Origin: an uncultured Bacilli bacterium
GTDB taxonomy: Bacteria > Bacillota_I > Bacilli_A > RF39 > UBA660
Assembly: GCA_947627995.1 (NCBI GenBank)
Contig: CANQYE010000002.1
Span: forward strand, 8,444 to 72,443
Length of the DNA: 64,000 bases
Direction: 5' to 3'
Shown here: piece after piece, positions 1 through 10,453 of the stretch
Position numbering within the stretch: the stretch's first letter is position 1
Layout of the letters: each line of letters starts with the position of its first letter
The notes under the pieces: model-generated
What the model was told of the DNA's origin: nothing
The model's input: only the letters and a program-made list of their open reading frames with translations
Database searches by the model: none
Position numbers and translations under genes: made by a program

Positions 1-980
1 TAGTTTCAGATGGGGCATTAACCGTATTTGAAGCAAATATATAAGGTGAAGAAGACTCTCCTTTCATATTAAAGTATTCTTTAATAAAATTACTATTAGC
101 AAATCTATCTTCTCCAACTGTAGACATATAATTAATTGAATTTAAGTTTATTTTACTTTCATCCGCATCTTCAAATAATCCAAGTGCAAGCCCTGCAAAA
201 TAATCTGCTGAACTTTTTTCCCAGAATGGATCATTTTTATTTCCTTGATCATATAAAATATTTGCTGCTACGTCTTCCAATAACTCAACTGCTTTATCAA
301 CATTACCTTCTTTATATAACTTATAAGGTAAAATTAAAGGATTCCAAGCGTTTCCTTTTTCTGGTTCACGAAAATTTAAAACAACGATTTTATATCCTTT
401 TTCCTTTAAACTATTAGCTGCTCCTTTATATAATTCTGCTTTTGGATCGGTAATAATCATTGATTCTCCATGTTTTCCTAGTAAATTAACCATTGGTTTT
501 ACTATAGTTTCAGATTTACCAGAACCAGTCGAACCAATAACTAAATTATGATATTCTCCATTATCAACATAAATATTAGTTCCATCGTTTATTAAAGGAA
601 TACCTGCAGCTGTTGTATTCTCAGATAACGGGCTAACAAGTTCTATATCTTTATCTTCTGTTATTTCTTTCTTTGTAGCCCATCTACTATATCCTTTTTC
701 ATCTTTTTCACCAAAAGATAAACCTATTCCTTTACCTTTTTCTTTATCAAAAATATAAGATGATACACTTGTAAAAATTACTATTAATGCCATTGTAAAA
801 AACGTCATTGTTGCAGCAAAATATTTTCTACCAAAAGCTGGAAAAGGATTTATACCATAAAATTCGCCATCAGAAGAAAATTTAGCAAAATTTAAAACAC
901 CTATTGCACATAAATACAACAAAAAAATACAAAAAATAATAAACATTATAAAATCTTTTTTTGATACCTTAAATTTCATG
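1..980 (-). CDS. Type IV secretion coupling protein (VirD4/TraG/PcfC family), N-terminal part; C-terminus lies beyond the window start
   Basis: Translated by hand from the reverse strand. ATG at 980 with GGAGG RBS at 982-992. N-terminal TM helices, then Walker A 'VIGSTGSGKSETIVKPMV' and 'ITDPKAELY', diagnostic of the TraG/VirD4 family. Absent from the ORF track because it is truncated. Confidence 0.75.
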
Positions 981-1016
981 GTATTTCCTCCAAAACTACT
1001 TAAATTATACTAAAAA

Positions 1017-1841
1017 TTAATCTAAAGTACAACTCTTTAATTCTTTAAATTCATTTCCAATATTTTGATATATATAATGACACGTTCCTATTAAACTATA
1101 GTAAGTGCAAGAAATAATATATTCATCATTACCATCCTCATCAAAATCTACAATCCCATGTAAACTTGGACTGCACATATTTAAAGACTCATCACCATCA
1201 TTAATATCTTCTAAAATATAAGAAATCTCGTTTTCATTATTTATTGTAAATATCAAATTAAAAGCATTAGTTTCGTTTTCTTCACTTAAAGCATTACTAA
1301 TTATATATATAATCTTATCATTATAAATATATTTTAATTTATTTATATTTTGACTATTAATATTTTTTTGTAAAAGTTCATCATTAATTATATTATTATC
1401 ATTTTCATTCAATTCACTTTGCTCAAATTGTTTTATTTTATAACTAATGTCGCCAGAAAACGCCATGATATTATTGTTAAAACTATAAAAATTATTATTA
1501 TCATCATAAAATTTATACTCGTCATTATACATAACTTGGTAATTATTAATAAATTTGTTATTTTCATACAAAGAAAATTTTAAATTAGAATAAGCCGTAT
1601 CGCCTTTTATATTATTAAAATAGCTATTTACATACTTTAATCTTGTGTGAGGATTTAGTAAAATTATTAATTTTTTTTCCTTTTCATTTTCCGTAGAGTT
1701 TTTATTTTCGCTATCAACACTTATATTTGTATTTAAATTATTTTTTGTATTTAAATAAATTAAAAATATACCACCATAAATAACTAAACTAATTACAACC
1801 ACTACAATAATTTTAATATTTTTTTTCATACGACCTCCCAC
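1017..1841 (-). CDS. N-terminally membrane-anchored Asn-rich protein, T4SS-associated (possible VirB8/PrgL-like)
   Basis: 274 aa with a single N-terminal TM helix and an Asn/Tyr-rich extracytoplasmic domain. It sits between the hydrolase and the T4CP, as PrgL does in pCF10-type loci. No motif recognised. Confidence 0.3.
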   Translation of the reverse strand: MGGRMKKNIKIIVVVVISLVIYGGIFLIYLNTKNNLNTNISVDSENKNSTENEKEKKLIILLNPHTRLKYVNSYFNNIKGDTAYSNLKFSLYENNKFINNYQVMYNDEYKFYDDNNNFYSFNNNIMAFSGDISYKIKQFEQSELNENDNNIINDELLQKNINSQNINKLKYIYNDKIIYIISNALSEENETNAFNLIFTINNENEISYILEDINDGDESLNMCSPSLHGIVDFDEDGNDEYIISCTYYSLIGTCHYIYQNIGNEFKELKSCTLD

Positions 1842-1846
1842 GTTTT

Positions 1847-3793
1847 TTAAGTACTACTTATATCTTCAATCCTATAGCAGAGAGCTTTTTTTATACCAGT
1901 ATATCGATCACTAAATTTAGTATAATTCGTTGCTGGATCCCACATATATATTTCTTTATCTGTTGTTCGATAATTATCAATCGCAACCCAGTGTTGATTA
2001 ACTTTATCCCCTCTTACACTTGCAACAATATAACATCCTTCATTTATCATCTCTTTAATACGCTTAGCATCCAATAGCACACCGAATTGTTCACTACGGC
2101 TAAGACTTTCATTATAAATAAAATTTGGTGCTACATATTTTGCATAGCTATAATCTTCTAATACTCCACCTTCTCCAAAAGAGCCTTTTTTTCTCATCAA
2201 CGCTATAGCTGTTTTAGGTGTCAAATCTCCCTCTAACTCGCTGCTCAGTTGCGCTTTACTATTTGCAATTTGGATTGTAATCGAAGTTGCCAAACATCCT
2301 TGATTTCCTATTGTACATTTGCTACATGTTCCAACTTTATCATTTGCCCACTTAGAATCATCTTGTCGCCAATATTGAAAATCACCTAAATTTATAGTTT
2401 GATCATTTACAGCATGATCACAAGAAAATGTCCTAACAGTACTTGCATTATCGCCATAAACATTTTTTAATATTTCTGTATAATCTTTCCCATTATCAGC
2501 TAAATTAATGAATTGATTTTGTGTATCAGATTTAAACCCAACATGAGGTATATTATTGCTATTATCAAGCATTACTTTACCAACAACTTCCATTGCAATA
2601 TTTGTATAAGTGTCAATAACTTCTTGACTTAAAGCATTTTTCCAAATAGTAGCTCCAGAAGTGTTAGAATTTATTTCTGGTGAGTATAAAGAAACATCGC
2701 CTCTATTAAAACGATATATATCTTTTGTATAATCCCAATATACTTGGTCATTTTCACAAGCCCGCATTCGAATTATACCGTCGTTTTTATTTAATCCATA
2801 AAAACAATTACTACTATCACCTGGACACATACTTTCATTTCTTGTTAATGTAAAATTTCTAATAGCAATAAGCTGGGCCTTTAAAGCTTCTTCATCCACA
2901 GTACCAATCTCCGCTAAAGCAACACCTAGTATATATTTTTCTAAAGGTATTTGTTCTAAAACTTTATAATTATCTTTCGTTGCATCACAATTAACTAATT
3001 CTACTTGCAAATTGTCATAATCGTAGCCATTAATATTATAAGAACATGCTGCTCCGGCTACCCCTGAGCTTCCCGACGTATTATCTTCTGAAGTATTTGA
3101 AGCCTCTCCACCTAAAGCAGGAATTATTAAAATAAGAGCTACAACAAAACAAGCCACTCCTAAGATTAAAAATAAAGGATGTCTAATTATTTTTATAATA
3201 TAAGATTTAAATTTAATAACTTTATTAATTTGTTTTTTTACATTATGATTTTCCTTTGATTTATTGGATTTCTTAGTATCCGAATCTCCATTTTTATCAT
3301 TTATACTTTCATTTGAAGCGATTTTATTTGATAGACTATGATTACTATTGCTATTTTTAGAACTAGCATTTTTTTGACTTAAATATTCTTTTTTTTCTAA
3401 ATTATCAGTATTTGGTTTAATGACTGAACTTTTAGAATTTATTATTTTACTTTTTAAGTTATTGCTGGGTGACAATATATTTTTACTATTTTTAGCAGCT
3501 TTATCTGCTATTGGTTTTGGTACCCCAACTGATTGTAATAAAGTTGATGAGATTTTTTTTTCTGCATCATTAGTAGTACTGGCTTTATATTTGTCATCAT
3601 TTAGAGTATTAACTTTTTTAAAATTATTATCATTTCTAACCCCATTATGTGACGAATTATAAAGCTCATCTGCTTCTGGACTATAAAATTCATTTTCTAA
3701 ATTTTTATATTTATTTTCACTGCCAAAAGAAGACACATTATGTCCTCCTTCATTATTATTGGAACTATGTTTATATTTTTCTTCTTCTGGCAT
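1847..3793 (-). CDS. T4SS-associated cell-wall hydrolase (VirB1/PrgK/CwlT functional analog), membrane-anchored
   Basis: 648 aa. Low-complexity N-terminus, one TM helix (LFLILGVACFVVALILIIPAL), a large extracellular domain, and a C-terminal Cys..His papain-like/CHAP-like segment (EGCYIV...NQHWVAID). Directly downstream of VirB4, as in Gram-positive conjugation loci. Confidence 0.45.
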   Translation of the reverse strand: MPEEEKYKHSSNNNEGGHNVSSFGSENKYKNLENEFYSPEADELYNSSHNGVRNDNNFKKVNTLNDDKYKASTTNDAEKKISSTLLQSVGVPKPIADKAAKNSKNILSPSNNLKSKIINSKSSVIKPNTDNLEKKEYLSQKNASSKNSNSNHSLSNKIASNESINDKNGDSDTKKSNKSKENHNVKKQINKVIKFKSYIIKIIRHPLFLILGVACFVVALILIIPALGGEASNTSEDNTSGSSGVAGAACSYNINGYDYDNLQVELVNCDATKDNYKVLEQIPLEKYILGVALAEIGTVDEEALKAQLIAIRNFTLTRNESMCPGDSSNCFYGLNKNDGIIRMRACENDQVYWDYTKDIYRFNRGDVSLYSPEINSNTSGATIWKNALSQEVIDTYTNIAMEVVGKVMLDNSNNIPHVGFKSDTQNQFINLADNGKDYTEILKNVYGDNASTVRTFSCDHAVNDQTINLGDFQYWRQDDSKWANDKVGTCSKCTIGNQGCLATSITIQIANSKAQLSSELEGDLTPKTAIALMRKKGSFGEGGVLEDYSYAKYVAPNFIYNESLSRSEQFGVLLDAKRIKEMINEGCYIVASVRGDKVNQHWVAIDNYRTTDKEIYMWDPATNYTKFSDRYTGIKKALCYRIEDISST

Positions 3794-3812
3794 ACATCAT
3801 CACCTATAATTT

Positions 3813-5597
3813 CTAAAATCCACCACCAGATCCAAAAGAATCTAATTCTTCTTGAGTTGCAATTACATTGATGCGCATACGTCTACTTCCACAGACAAAT
3901 AAGGCTTCTCCTTGATTAAAGTATTTAATATTTTCTTGTTCATTCTCATTTAAATCAATTAATCTCGCTAAATCGTCTATAGCTTGTTTACGCAAGCCCA
4001 TTACTAAGTAATAAGAAGCATTATCAAATATTGCTTTTCCATGTGTAATAATATTTGGAGCAGCAAAGTCAGTTGGTTGTTGAGTTATTATAATTGTTCC
4101 TGTATTGTATTTACGACTACGTCTTTGAATTTGTGCTAAAAATTCTGCACCTAATTCATTTCTACTGCTAAGTAAAACATGAGCTTCATCAACACACATT
4201 ATTGTATTAACATCTTTATCCAAACATAAACCCCAAGCATATTTCAAAATATTAAAAAATAATGCATTTCTAATTGATTCATCAGAATTCATAAGTTCTT
4301 TTATATTAAAAACAATAAAATCACTATTAAACTTAATTGTAGTATGGCCATTGAAATAGTATCTTAATTCTTTAATAAGAGGTCGAACTTTAAGTTCCAA
4401 TCTCTCCATTACATCTTTCTCTTGAGAATGTTCAGGCATAGATAACAATCTACCTTTAATAGTTGCATACACATCATCAAAAGTTGGATAATCTTCTGAT
4501 TTAAACTTTCTAAAGTCAGTATCAAAATCAATTCTATATCTTTTATATGTATCTTGAACAACCTCACTAAATAATGTTAAAACATCATCTTCAATACTTG
4601 GGGAATAATATTTCATAAAAGCTTTTAATTGTTGAATTGTTCTTGTTAAAACAGTATAGCCTAATCCTTGAGCCATTTCTTCTTCATCCGCATCTACAAC
4701 CACTTCTAAAGGATTTATCATTCCAAAGTCTCCACCTTTACCAAGGTCTATTGAATCTCCTCCAAGTATTCTTGTCATTTCCTTTAATTCATCCTCAGGA
4801 TCAATGGCTACAATTTTATATCCATTGCGAATATGACTACGAAGTAATAATTTAGCTACCGTAGATTTACCACTACCAGAAGTTCCTAATATTATCATGT
4901 TAGCATTATTTCTATTATGCTCTTTTTTAATTTGATATAAAAATTGATTGAATAATATTACCCCACCAGAAAAATCTTGACCAAGCAATGTAGATAAGCC
5001 CGGATCTTTGATGCTATCAAAAACAAAAGGATACATTGCAGCTAAAGTAACTGAAGGAATAGGTGTTCCAATACGTTCTTCGATATCTTGCTTTGGAAAA
5101 ATAGGAATAATAGATTTTAAGACTTTTTCTTGTTCAAACATTAAAGAGGTTGCACGTATTCCCATTGCATCAAGATAGCTTCTAACTTGCATTTTCTTTA
5201 AATCAAGTTCTTCTTTGGAATCAGCAGTAATCATTAAGTGCATTTGAAAATCAAATATTCGAGCTTGAGTAGAAGCTAACATTTGAACAAATTGTTCTAA
5301 TGATTCGTAATCTTGACGTATTCTTTCTTGAATTGTTATATCTCTTTCATTTTGGTACTTTTGCTTTAAATCAGCAATTTCTTTATTAATCATTCTTGAT
5401 AAAGATGAAAATGCAATAGGTATATGTTTAATAACCATTTTAACACCAGATATACTAGTGACATTAGATAAATAACCATGACTAATATATTTTGGATAGT
5501 TAATAACTGAAAGTATAGTAGCATGTTTATCACTTATTATAAAATCACTTGTTTTAAATTCTATGCCCTTAGGAGCAATTTCACTTTTTAATTTCAT
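3813..5597 (-). CDS. VirB4/TrbE/PrgJ-family conjugal transfer ATPase (C-terminal ATPase part)
   Basis: 594 aa. Walker A 'ILGTSGSGKST', Walker B 'IMCVDEAHVLL' and an FtsK/VirB4-like DUF87 architecture. The start overlaps the stop of the upstream ORF as ATGA. Confidence 0.7.
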   Translation of the reverse strand: MKLKSEIAPKGIEFKTSDFIISDKHATILSVINYPKYISHGYLSNVTSISGVKMVIKHIPIAFSSLSRMINKEIADLKQKYQNERDITIQERIRQDYESLEQFVQMLASTQARIFDFQMHLMITADSKEELDLKKMQVRSYLDAMGIRATSLMFEQEKVLKSIIPIFPKQDIEERIGTPIPSVTLAAMYPFVFDSIKDPGLSTLLGQDFSGGVILFNQFLYQIKKEHNRNNANMIILGTSGSGKSTVAKLLLRSHIRNGYKIVAIDPEDELKEMTRILGGDSIDLGKGGDFGMINPLEVVVDADEEEMAQGLGYTVLTRTIQQLKAFMKYYSPSIEDDVLTLFSEVVQDTYKRYRIDFDTDFRKFKSEDYPTFDDVYATIKGRLLSMPEHSQEKDVMERLELKVRPLIKELRYYFNGHTTIKFNSDFIVFNIKELMNSDESIRNALFFNILKYAWGLCLDKDVNTIMCVDEAHVLLSSRNELGAEFLAQIQRRSRKYNTGTIIITQQPTDFAAPNIITHGKAIFDNASYYLVMGLRKQAIDDLARLIDLNENEQENIKYFNQGEALFVCGSRRMRINVIATQEELDSFGSGGGF

Positions 5598-6163
5598 TGA
5601 CCAATCACCGTCCCAAAATTAGAACTTACACTTCCATTAAAGAAGTTGTCTAAAAGCATACGCATATCATTATTTGAAACTTGAGAAGAATTTAATCCAC
5701 AAGCTGCTAAATTACTAATAAGATTTTGAATACGTTTTTGAATAATTTCCATCCTCTTTTCTTTAAAAAGAATAAAATATTCAGTATCGACTACATTTAC
5801 TTGTGTACTCATAAATGTATTAGCTTTTTCAATATCTTGCATTATAATTTTACGAATAGGATTGCTAGTAGTATTATTATATAATACTTGCAATTGTGAT
5901 AAGTAAACATTGATATCTACTGGTCGATCAGCTACAATAAGCCAAAACTCATAATCAATTGAATTATAAAAATTACGAAAATTAAATATTACATTATTTT
6001 CAGTAGATTGATCTAAGATAAAAATATTTTTTGGTTCAACTTTGATTCCTGTTACATATTCGCCGCTATCTAATTGAATCATTCCATTCATTATTCCTTT
6101 AACCGGAACCCAGTCTTCACTATATTTAGAACTATTTGTTTTCTTTTTCTTCATAACTAGCAC
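5594..6163 (-). CDS. VirB4 N-terminal-domain-like protein (split VirB4?)
   Basis: 189 aa with no TM helix. Its stop overlaps the ATG of the VirB4 ATPase (ATGA). The two together total about 783 aa, the length of full-size Gram-positive VirB4s (PrgJ/TcpF). Confidence 0.4.
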   Translation of the reverse strand: MLVMKKKKTNSSKYSEDWVPVKGIMNGMIQLDSGEYVTGIKVEPKNIFILDQSTENNVIFNFRNFYNSIDYEFWLIVADRPVDINVYLSQLQVLYNNTTSNPIRKIIMQDIEKANTFMSTQVNVVDTEYFILFKEKRMEIIQKRIQNLISNLAACGLNSSQVSNNDMRMLLDNFFNGSVSSNFGTVIGQ

Positions 6164-6449
6164 ACCAACCTTTCCATATATATTTTCTTCTCGTCGTTAA
6201 ATACTTATATATAATAAATATTAAATTCATAATATTATGATAATTAGGTACAGGAAGAACTAAAAATCCTGTAATTAATGCTGGAGACAATATTCCTAAC
6301 ATAACCCAAATATTGTTATTTCCGGCAAAGAATAATAATATCATTGTCGTTACGCATCCTAAACCAAAAACTAGCAAATCAATTGGCCTAAAAAAACTTA
6401 ATATTAATTGTGACTTTTTCGAGTTTGCTGGAATTAAATAATTATTCAC
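6132..6449 (-). CDS. VirB3/PrgI-like small membrane protein
   Basis: 105 aa, two-TM hairpin, immediately upstream of VirB4 in the canonical VirB3-VirB4 order. Confidence 0.45.
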   Translation of the reverse strand: MNNYLIPANSKKSQLILSFFRPIDLLVFGLGCVTTMILLFFAGNNNIWVMLGILSPALITGFLVLPVPNYHNIMNLIFIIYKYLTTRRKYIWKGWCASYEEKENK

Positions 6450-6466
6450 CCTTTTATTCCTCCTTA

Positions 6467-9034
6467 TTATTTTTTATCTAAGCTTGATGAGCTACTACCC
6501 GAAGTTGGAGCTGACCCTCCTCCAGAACTTATTTTTGACATTGCTTCTGTCCACTTTTCATATTGTTTAACCATATTTTCTTCTTCTTCTGCTTTTCCAG
6601 TAGCTCTTTGTCTACTCATGGCTTTAAATAAATCGCTATTTTCATCCACAATAGATCCATACTCTTTTCTAATTTCATCTCTGTCTTCTTTAATACCATC
6701 AGCATATTTTTTAGAAATTCTTTCAATCTCTGAATCAACTTTTATATTAATTGCATCTCTATCATTAAGTTGATTTCGAACCTTTTGCAATTCACTAACA
6801 AGTTCATTATGACGTCTTTTATTCTCAACATATTCCATCAATTCTGGATTATTTTTTGCAAAAATAGGATCATTTTTCATGCTATCAATTTTTTCACGGG
6901 CATAAGCTTTTTCATAATTTGTACGAGTAGCATCAAATTGTTCAGGTGTAATATAACCACGTTCTAATTGATTAGCGGCCATATCATTAGCTCTTCTAAT
7001 AACATCAGGGTCATTCATAAAGTTTCTAAACATTTCAGATCCTTCAAAATTATTAATATTAGCATTTAAATTATCTATTTCAGGTTGAATTTGATTTTCC
7101 CTTAATCGAACTTCATTTTCAAGTGCATTCATTATTTTAGATCTAACTGTGTTTTCCAATGTCATATACTCTGCCTGTTTTTTCCACGCTGCAATTACTT
7201 TATCATTATTAAGGATTGCGTCATTTTTAATAGATTTATTTGTTTTGCCTGCTTCTTCTTGCATTTTACTTGCAAAAGATTGACCACCAAAAATACCTGG
7301 ACTTCCTTTATAATCATGTGGATTATAAGAATGATAAAGCTTATCTTTTTGTTTTTTAAATTGTCTTCCGCCACCGGCAGTTCCAGCCAAAAATCCACTT
7401 CTTAATCCTTTTTTGAAATCGCCATTTCTTAAACCAACTAATCCTCCGCCTAAAGCTCCTGAAACACCACCTTCTACAGCATCTATTCCTTTTCTTATTG
7501 GTTTTCCAACAAATGCAGCTTCAGATAATTTATCTTTAATTCCTTTAAAGCTTAGGCTTTCTAATCCAAACATTGTAGAAATTAATTTAGGTGCTTGTTT
7601 AATAAATGTTAATATTCCTAGAATAACTAAAACTCTAGCGAAACTTAATACACCAAATGAAGCTGAACCAACATAATTTGTACTAAATAAGTCACTATTT
7701 GTTCCCCAAACACTTAAATCTGGCAACATAATAATTATATATATTCCAAAAAATACTATAGCTATTTTTAAAAACACTTCAACAAATGTTGTAATAGTAG
7801 ATTTTAACCAGTTATTAAAAATTGTTTCTTTGCCCGGTATTAATCTAGTTAAAATTGGAATTGGAGCAATAATTTGATAAAATGCTATTTTAACACTTCT
7901 TACAGCCATATCTATAGCAAATGATATAAGAATATAAACAAGATATAATCCGGCAATTAGCGCCATAAACCAATGGAATTCCATCATCCCAGATTGAATC
8001 ACTGGAGCAAATCTATTATAGATAGAAAAATCTTGATTGATTAACGCATATGTATATGCCGTATCCAATGAATAAAAATTAGAATTTGTAAAATAGTCTT
8101 CTATTCCATTTCCAGCAATGAACCCAGCGACTGTTCCACCTGCTGTTAGCAAACCTGCGACTCCCAACGAAATTCCACCAGTTGGAACAGCAAGTGCTAT
8201 CGCTATAACAGTTCCAACTCCACCAACAATAGTTCCGAACCATGCCCCCCAACCAGTTGACGGTTCTTTAATCCTATAAAAGCATTGATTTTTATTTTGA
8301 GCATAGTCAGGAAGCATTTCTCCTTCTACTATTTCAAAGCTATCATCTGAAAAATCTTCTCCATCACCCGCATAATAGTAACATTTGGTATCATCATCCA
8401 TATCATCATAAGTTGCTGTTTGTAATCCATTTTCGTCAACTTCCCCTACATCTGCAGTCAAACCATATGTATCATTAAAAAAACTTGAAAAAACGTCTAA
8501 AGCCATTTTAGTGCCAGCTATTGATAAAACATTGTTAGCCGTAGTTTCGCTATTATTTTCTTCATCTAATTCTCCGGTAATTGCATTAGCTGTATCGGCA
8601 ATTTCAGAGTAATCATGACCACCTAAAACAATCTTCCCTATAATATTTCCTTCCAAAATTGCATTTTGAAAATCATACATGTAAGAAAAAACTGTATTAA
8701 ACAATGCTAACATTATAATAGTGGTTATTAGTTTTTTAAAAATATCAGAAGTGTTTTTTAATGCATCATTAGGATTTACAATAGCTTTTATAATAACAAA
8801 CGCAACAACAAATAAAGCGATTATCCCTATTATCGTTTCTATTCTTCTACAAAAAGTTTGAATTTGTTCATTGTTTAAAACTCGCGCAGAACATATAGCT
8901 AAAAAAACTTGATATATCCAATCAATTATACCAAATATTCCACGTACTAGCCACATTACTATATTTATGAATGCAATACCAATAGCATCACCAATTAAGC
9001 CTAATGTACTAATCATATTAAACACTCCTTGCAT
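6467..9034 (-). CDS. VirB6/TrbL/PrgH-TcpH-like polytopic membrane protein with long coiled-coil C-terminal extension
   Basis: 855 aa. At least 6 TM helices in the N-terminal half, a glycine-rich GxxG stretch, then a hydrophilic C-terminal half with heptad-like repeats and an S-rich tail. Sits upstream of VirB3/VirB4. Confidence 0.45.
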   Translation of the reverse strand: MQGVFNMISTLGLIGDAIGIAFINIVMWLVRGIFGIIDWIYQVFLAICSARVLNNEQIQTFCRRIETIIGIIALFVVAFVIIKAIVNPNDALKNTSDIFKKLITTIIMLALFNTVFSYMYDFQNAILEGNIIGKIVLGGHDYSEIADTANAITGELDEENNSETTANNVLSIAGTKMALDVFSSFFNDTYGLTADVGEVDENGLQTATYDDMDDDTKCYYYAGDGEDFSDDSFEIVEGEMLPDYAQNKNQCFYRIKEPSTGWGAWFGTIVGGVGTVIAIALAVPTGGISLGVAGLLTAGGTVAGFIAGNGIEDYFTNSNFYSLDTAYTYALINQDFSIYNRFAPVIQSGMMEFHWFMALIAGLYLVYILISFAIDMAVRSVKIAFYQIIAPIPILTRLIPGKETIFNNWLKSTITTFVEVFLKIAIVFFGIYIIIMLPDLSVWGTNSDLFSTNYVGSASFGVLSFARVLVILGILTFIKQAPKLISTMFGLESLSFKGIKDKLSEAAFVGKPIRKGIDAVEGGVSGALGGGLVGLRNGDFKKGLRSGFLAGTAGGGRQFKKQKDKLYHSYNPHDYKGSPGIFGGQSFASKMQEEAGKTNKSIKNDAILNNDKVIAAWKKQAEYMTLENTVRSKIMNALENEVRLRENQIQPEIDNLNANINNFEGSEMFRNFMNDPDVIRRANDMAANQLERGYITPEQFDATRTNYEKAYAREKIDSMKNDPIFAKNNPELMEYVENKRRHNELVSELQKVRNQLNDRDAINIKVDSEIERISKKYADGIKEDRDEIRKEYGSIVDENSDLFKAMSRQRATGKAEEEENMVKQYEKWTEAMSKISSGGGSAPTSGSSSSSLDKK

Positions 9035-9119
9035 TATAATAATTATAACATAAAAAAATTTAAATAAAATAGAAAAATTAATTAAAAAACATTATAATAA
9101 AAATTATAATATCTTTGTT

Positions 9120-10445
9120 TTAAAAAACACCACAAAATGGACTTGTTTGTCCTATTATATTAAGTAAAAATTGTAATACCATCGGCAACAAAAATAATGA
9201 TATAGCTAATATTAATCTTATCATAAAATTTTTACTTTCTTTTTTTAATGCATCATTATCTTGAGATAAAAGTGCCATTAAAAATCCCACTGCACTTAAT
9301 ACTATAACTAATATTGGAGCTGCAATTTTAAAAATATCAAATATTTTATTTAAAATATAAGCTACGGATCTTGACCCATCAGAATTTACAGATTTATTTA
9401 CATCGCCAAATAACCCTTCACACGATTCATCATATGCAAAATCAGCATTACCAGCTTTATGATTAGATTTTATAGTGAATTTTTCTGCCAATGATTCTAA
9501 ATTATTATTAACTTCTTTCTTAGATTCTGCAAGTGTATCTTTTAAGTTTTCTTTTTCATTTTTAGTCATGTTATTACTAGTATCAATCTTTTTATCACAT
9601 AGATCTTTATTTTTTTCTACATCCTGTTGTAAGCTTTCTATTTCATTTAAAAAAGTTGTGGATATTTTTTTGTTTTTGCTAAGAATGGTTTGAAATAAAG
9701 TATTATTTATATTATAACTATTAGTAAATGAAGATAATAATTTATCTGTATTAGATACTTCTTGCATTAGATTATTAAAACTTTTACAAAATACACTAGC
9801 ACCTTTTTCTAATACACTACTCAAATTTTTTTCAATAAAATTATTAAAAAATTCCTTAATATTATCCGCAACATCATCTTCATAATCATAATGTAACTGG
9901 TCATTATTTTCTTTAGAACGTTTATAACACCAGCTTCCTTCAAAATTTGCTGATTGTTGTATGTATGTTAAATTTTTGCATTCATCTTGATTTTCTGCTA
10001 TACACACAATTGGAGTGTCAGTAGAAATTCTTGCAAATTTTGGACACTGATAACTCTTAAGCTTTTTCTGAGCGCTTTCACTTATGAAATACGTACTACT
10101 TATTTCATTTTTAAAATTTAAATTATCAGATTTAGCATTACCAGTACCATAAGTAAAAGTATTCCACTCGGCACTTATTGCACCATCTTTATTTAAAAAT
10201 AAACTGACTGTCCCACAACGTGCAGATTCGTTTCCAGGACATGTCATTGAACTTACAATACCAACATCAGGTGTCCATATTGTTCTATATTCGCACATTT
10301 TTATACAATCACCATTTTTTTCACAATCTCTACTAATATATTTACATGATGTTGATGTAGTATCTGCATTAACTACATTAATATTAATTAACATTATAAT
10401 TAATGAAAAAAATATAAGACCAATATATTTTAATCTACTTTTCAT
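9120..10445 (-). CDS. Secreted cysteine-rich protein with C-terminal two-TM anchor (unknown function; T4SS operon member)
   Basis: 441 aa. Signal peptide (MKSRLKYIGLIFFSLIIMLININVVNA), more than 14 Cys in the first 180 aa, a coiled-coil middle and two C-terminal TM helices. Confidence 0.35.
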   Translation of the reverse strand: MKSRLKYIGLIFFSLIIMLININVVNADTTSTSCKYISRDCEKNGDCIKMCEYRTIWTPDVGIVSSMTCPGNESARCGTVSLFLNKDGAISAEWNTFTYGTGNAKSDNLNFKNEISSTYFISESAQKKLKSYQCPKFARISTDTPIVCIAENQDECKNLTYIQQSANFEGSWCYKRSKENNDQLHYDYEDDVADNIKEFFNNFIEKNLSSVLEKGASVFCKSFNNLMQEVSNTDKLLSSFTNSYNINNTLFQTILSKNKKISTTFLNEIESLQQDVEKNKDLCDKKIDTSNNMTKNEKENLKDTLAESKKEVNNNLESLAEKFTIKSNHKAGNADFAYDESCEGLFGDVNKSVNSDGSRSVAYILNKIFDIFKIAAPILVIVLSAVGFLMALLSQDNDALKKESKNFMIRLILAISLFLLPMVLQFLLNIIGQTSPFCGVF

Positions 10446-10453
10446 AAAATCAC

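Noticed and set aside
136-417. Plus-strand 93-aa ORF
   Set aside because: It lies entirely antisense within the well-supported VirD4-like coupling protein gene. Its low-complexity composition is typical of spurious AT-rich ORFs.
3420-9693. Small plus-strand ORFs (3420-3662, 4637-4855, 6770-6967, 7195-7398, 7413-7676, 9475-9693)
   Set aside because: All lie antisense inside long, motif-supported minus-strand genes. They have no RBS and are leucine/phenylalanine-rich, as expected from antisense reading of AT-rich DNA.
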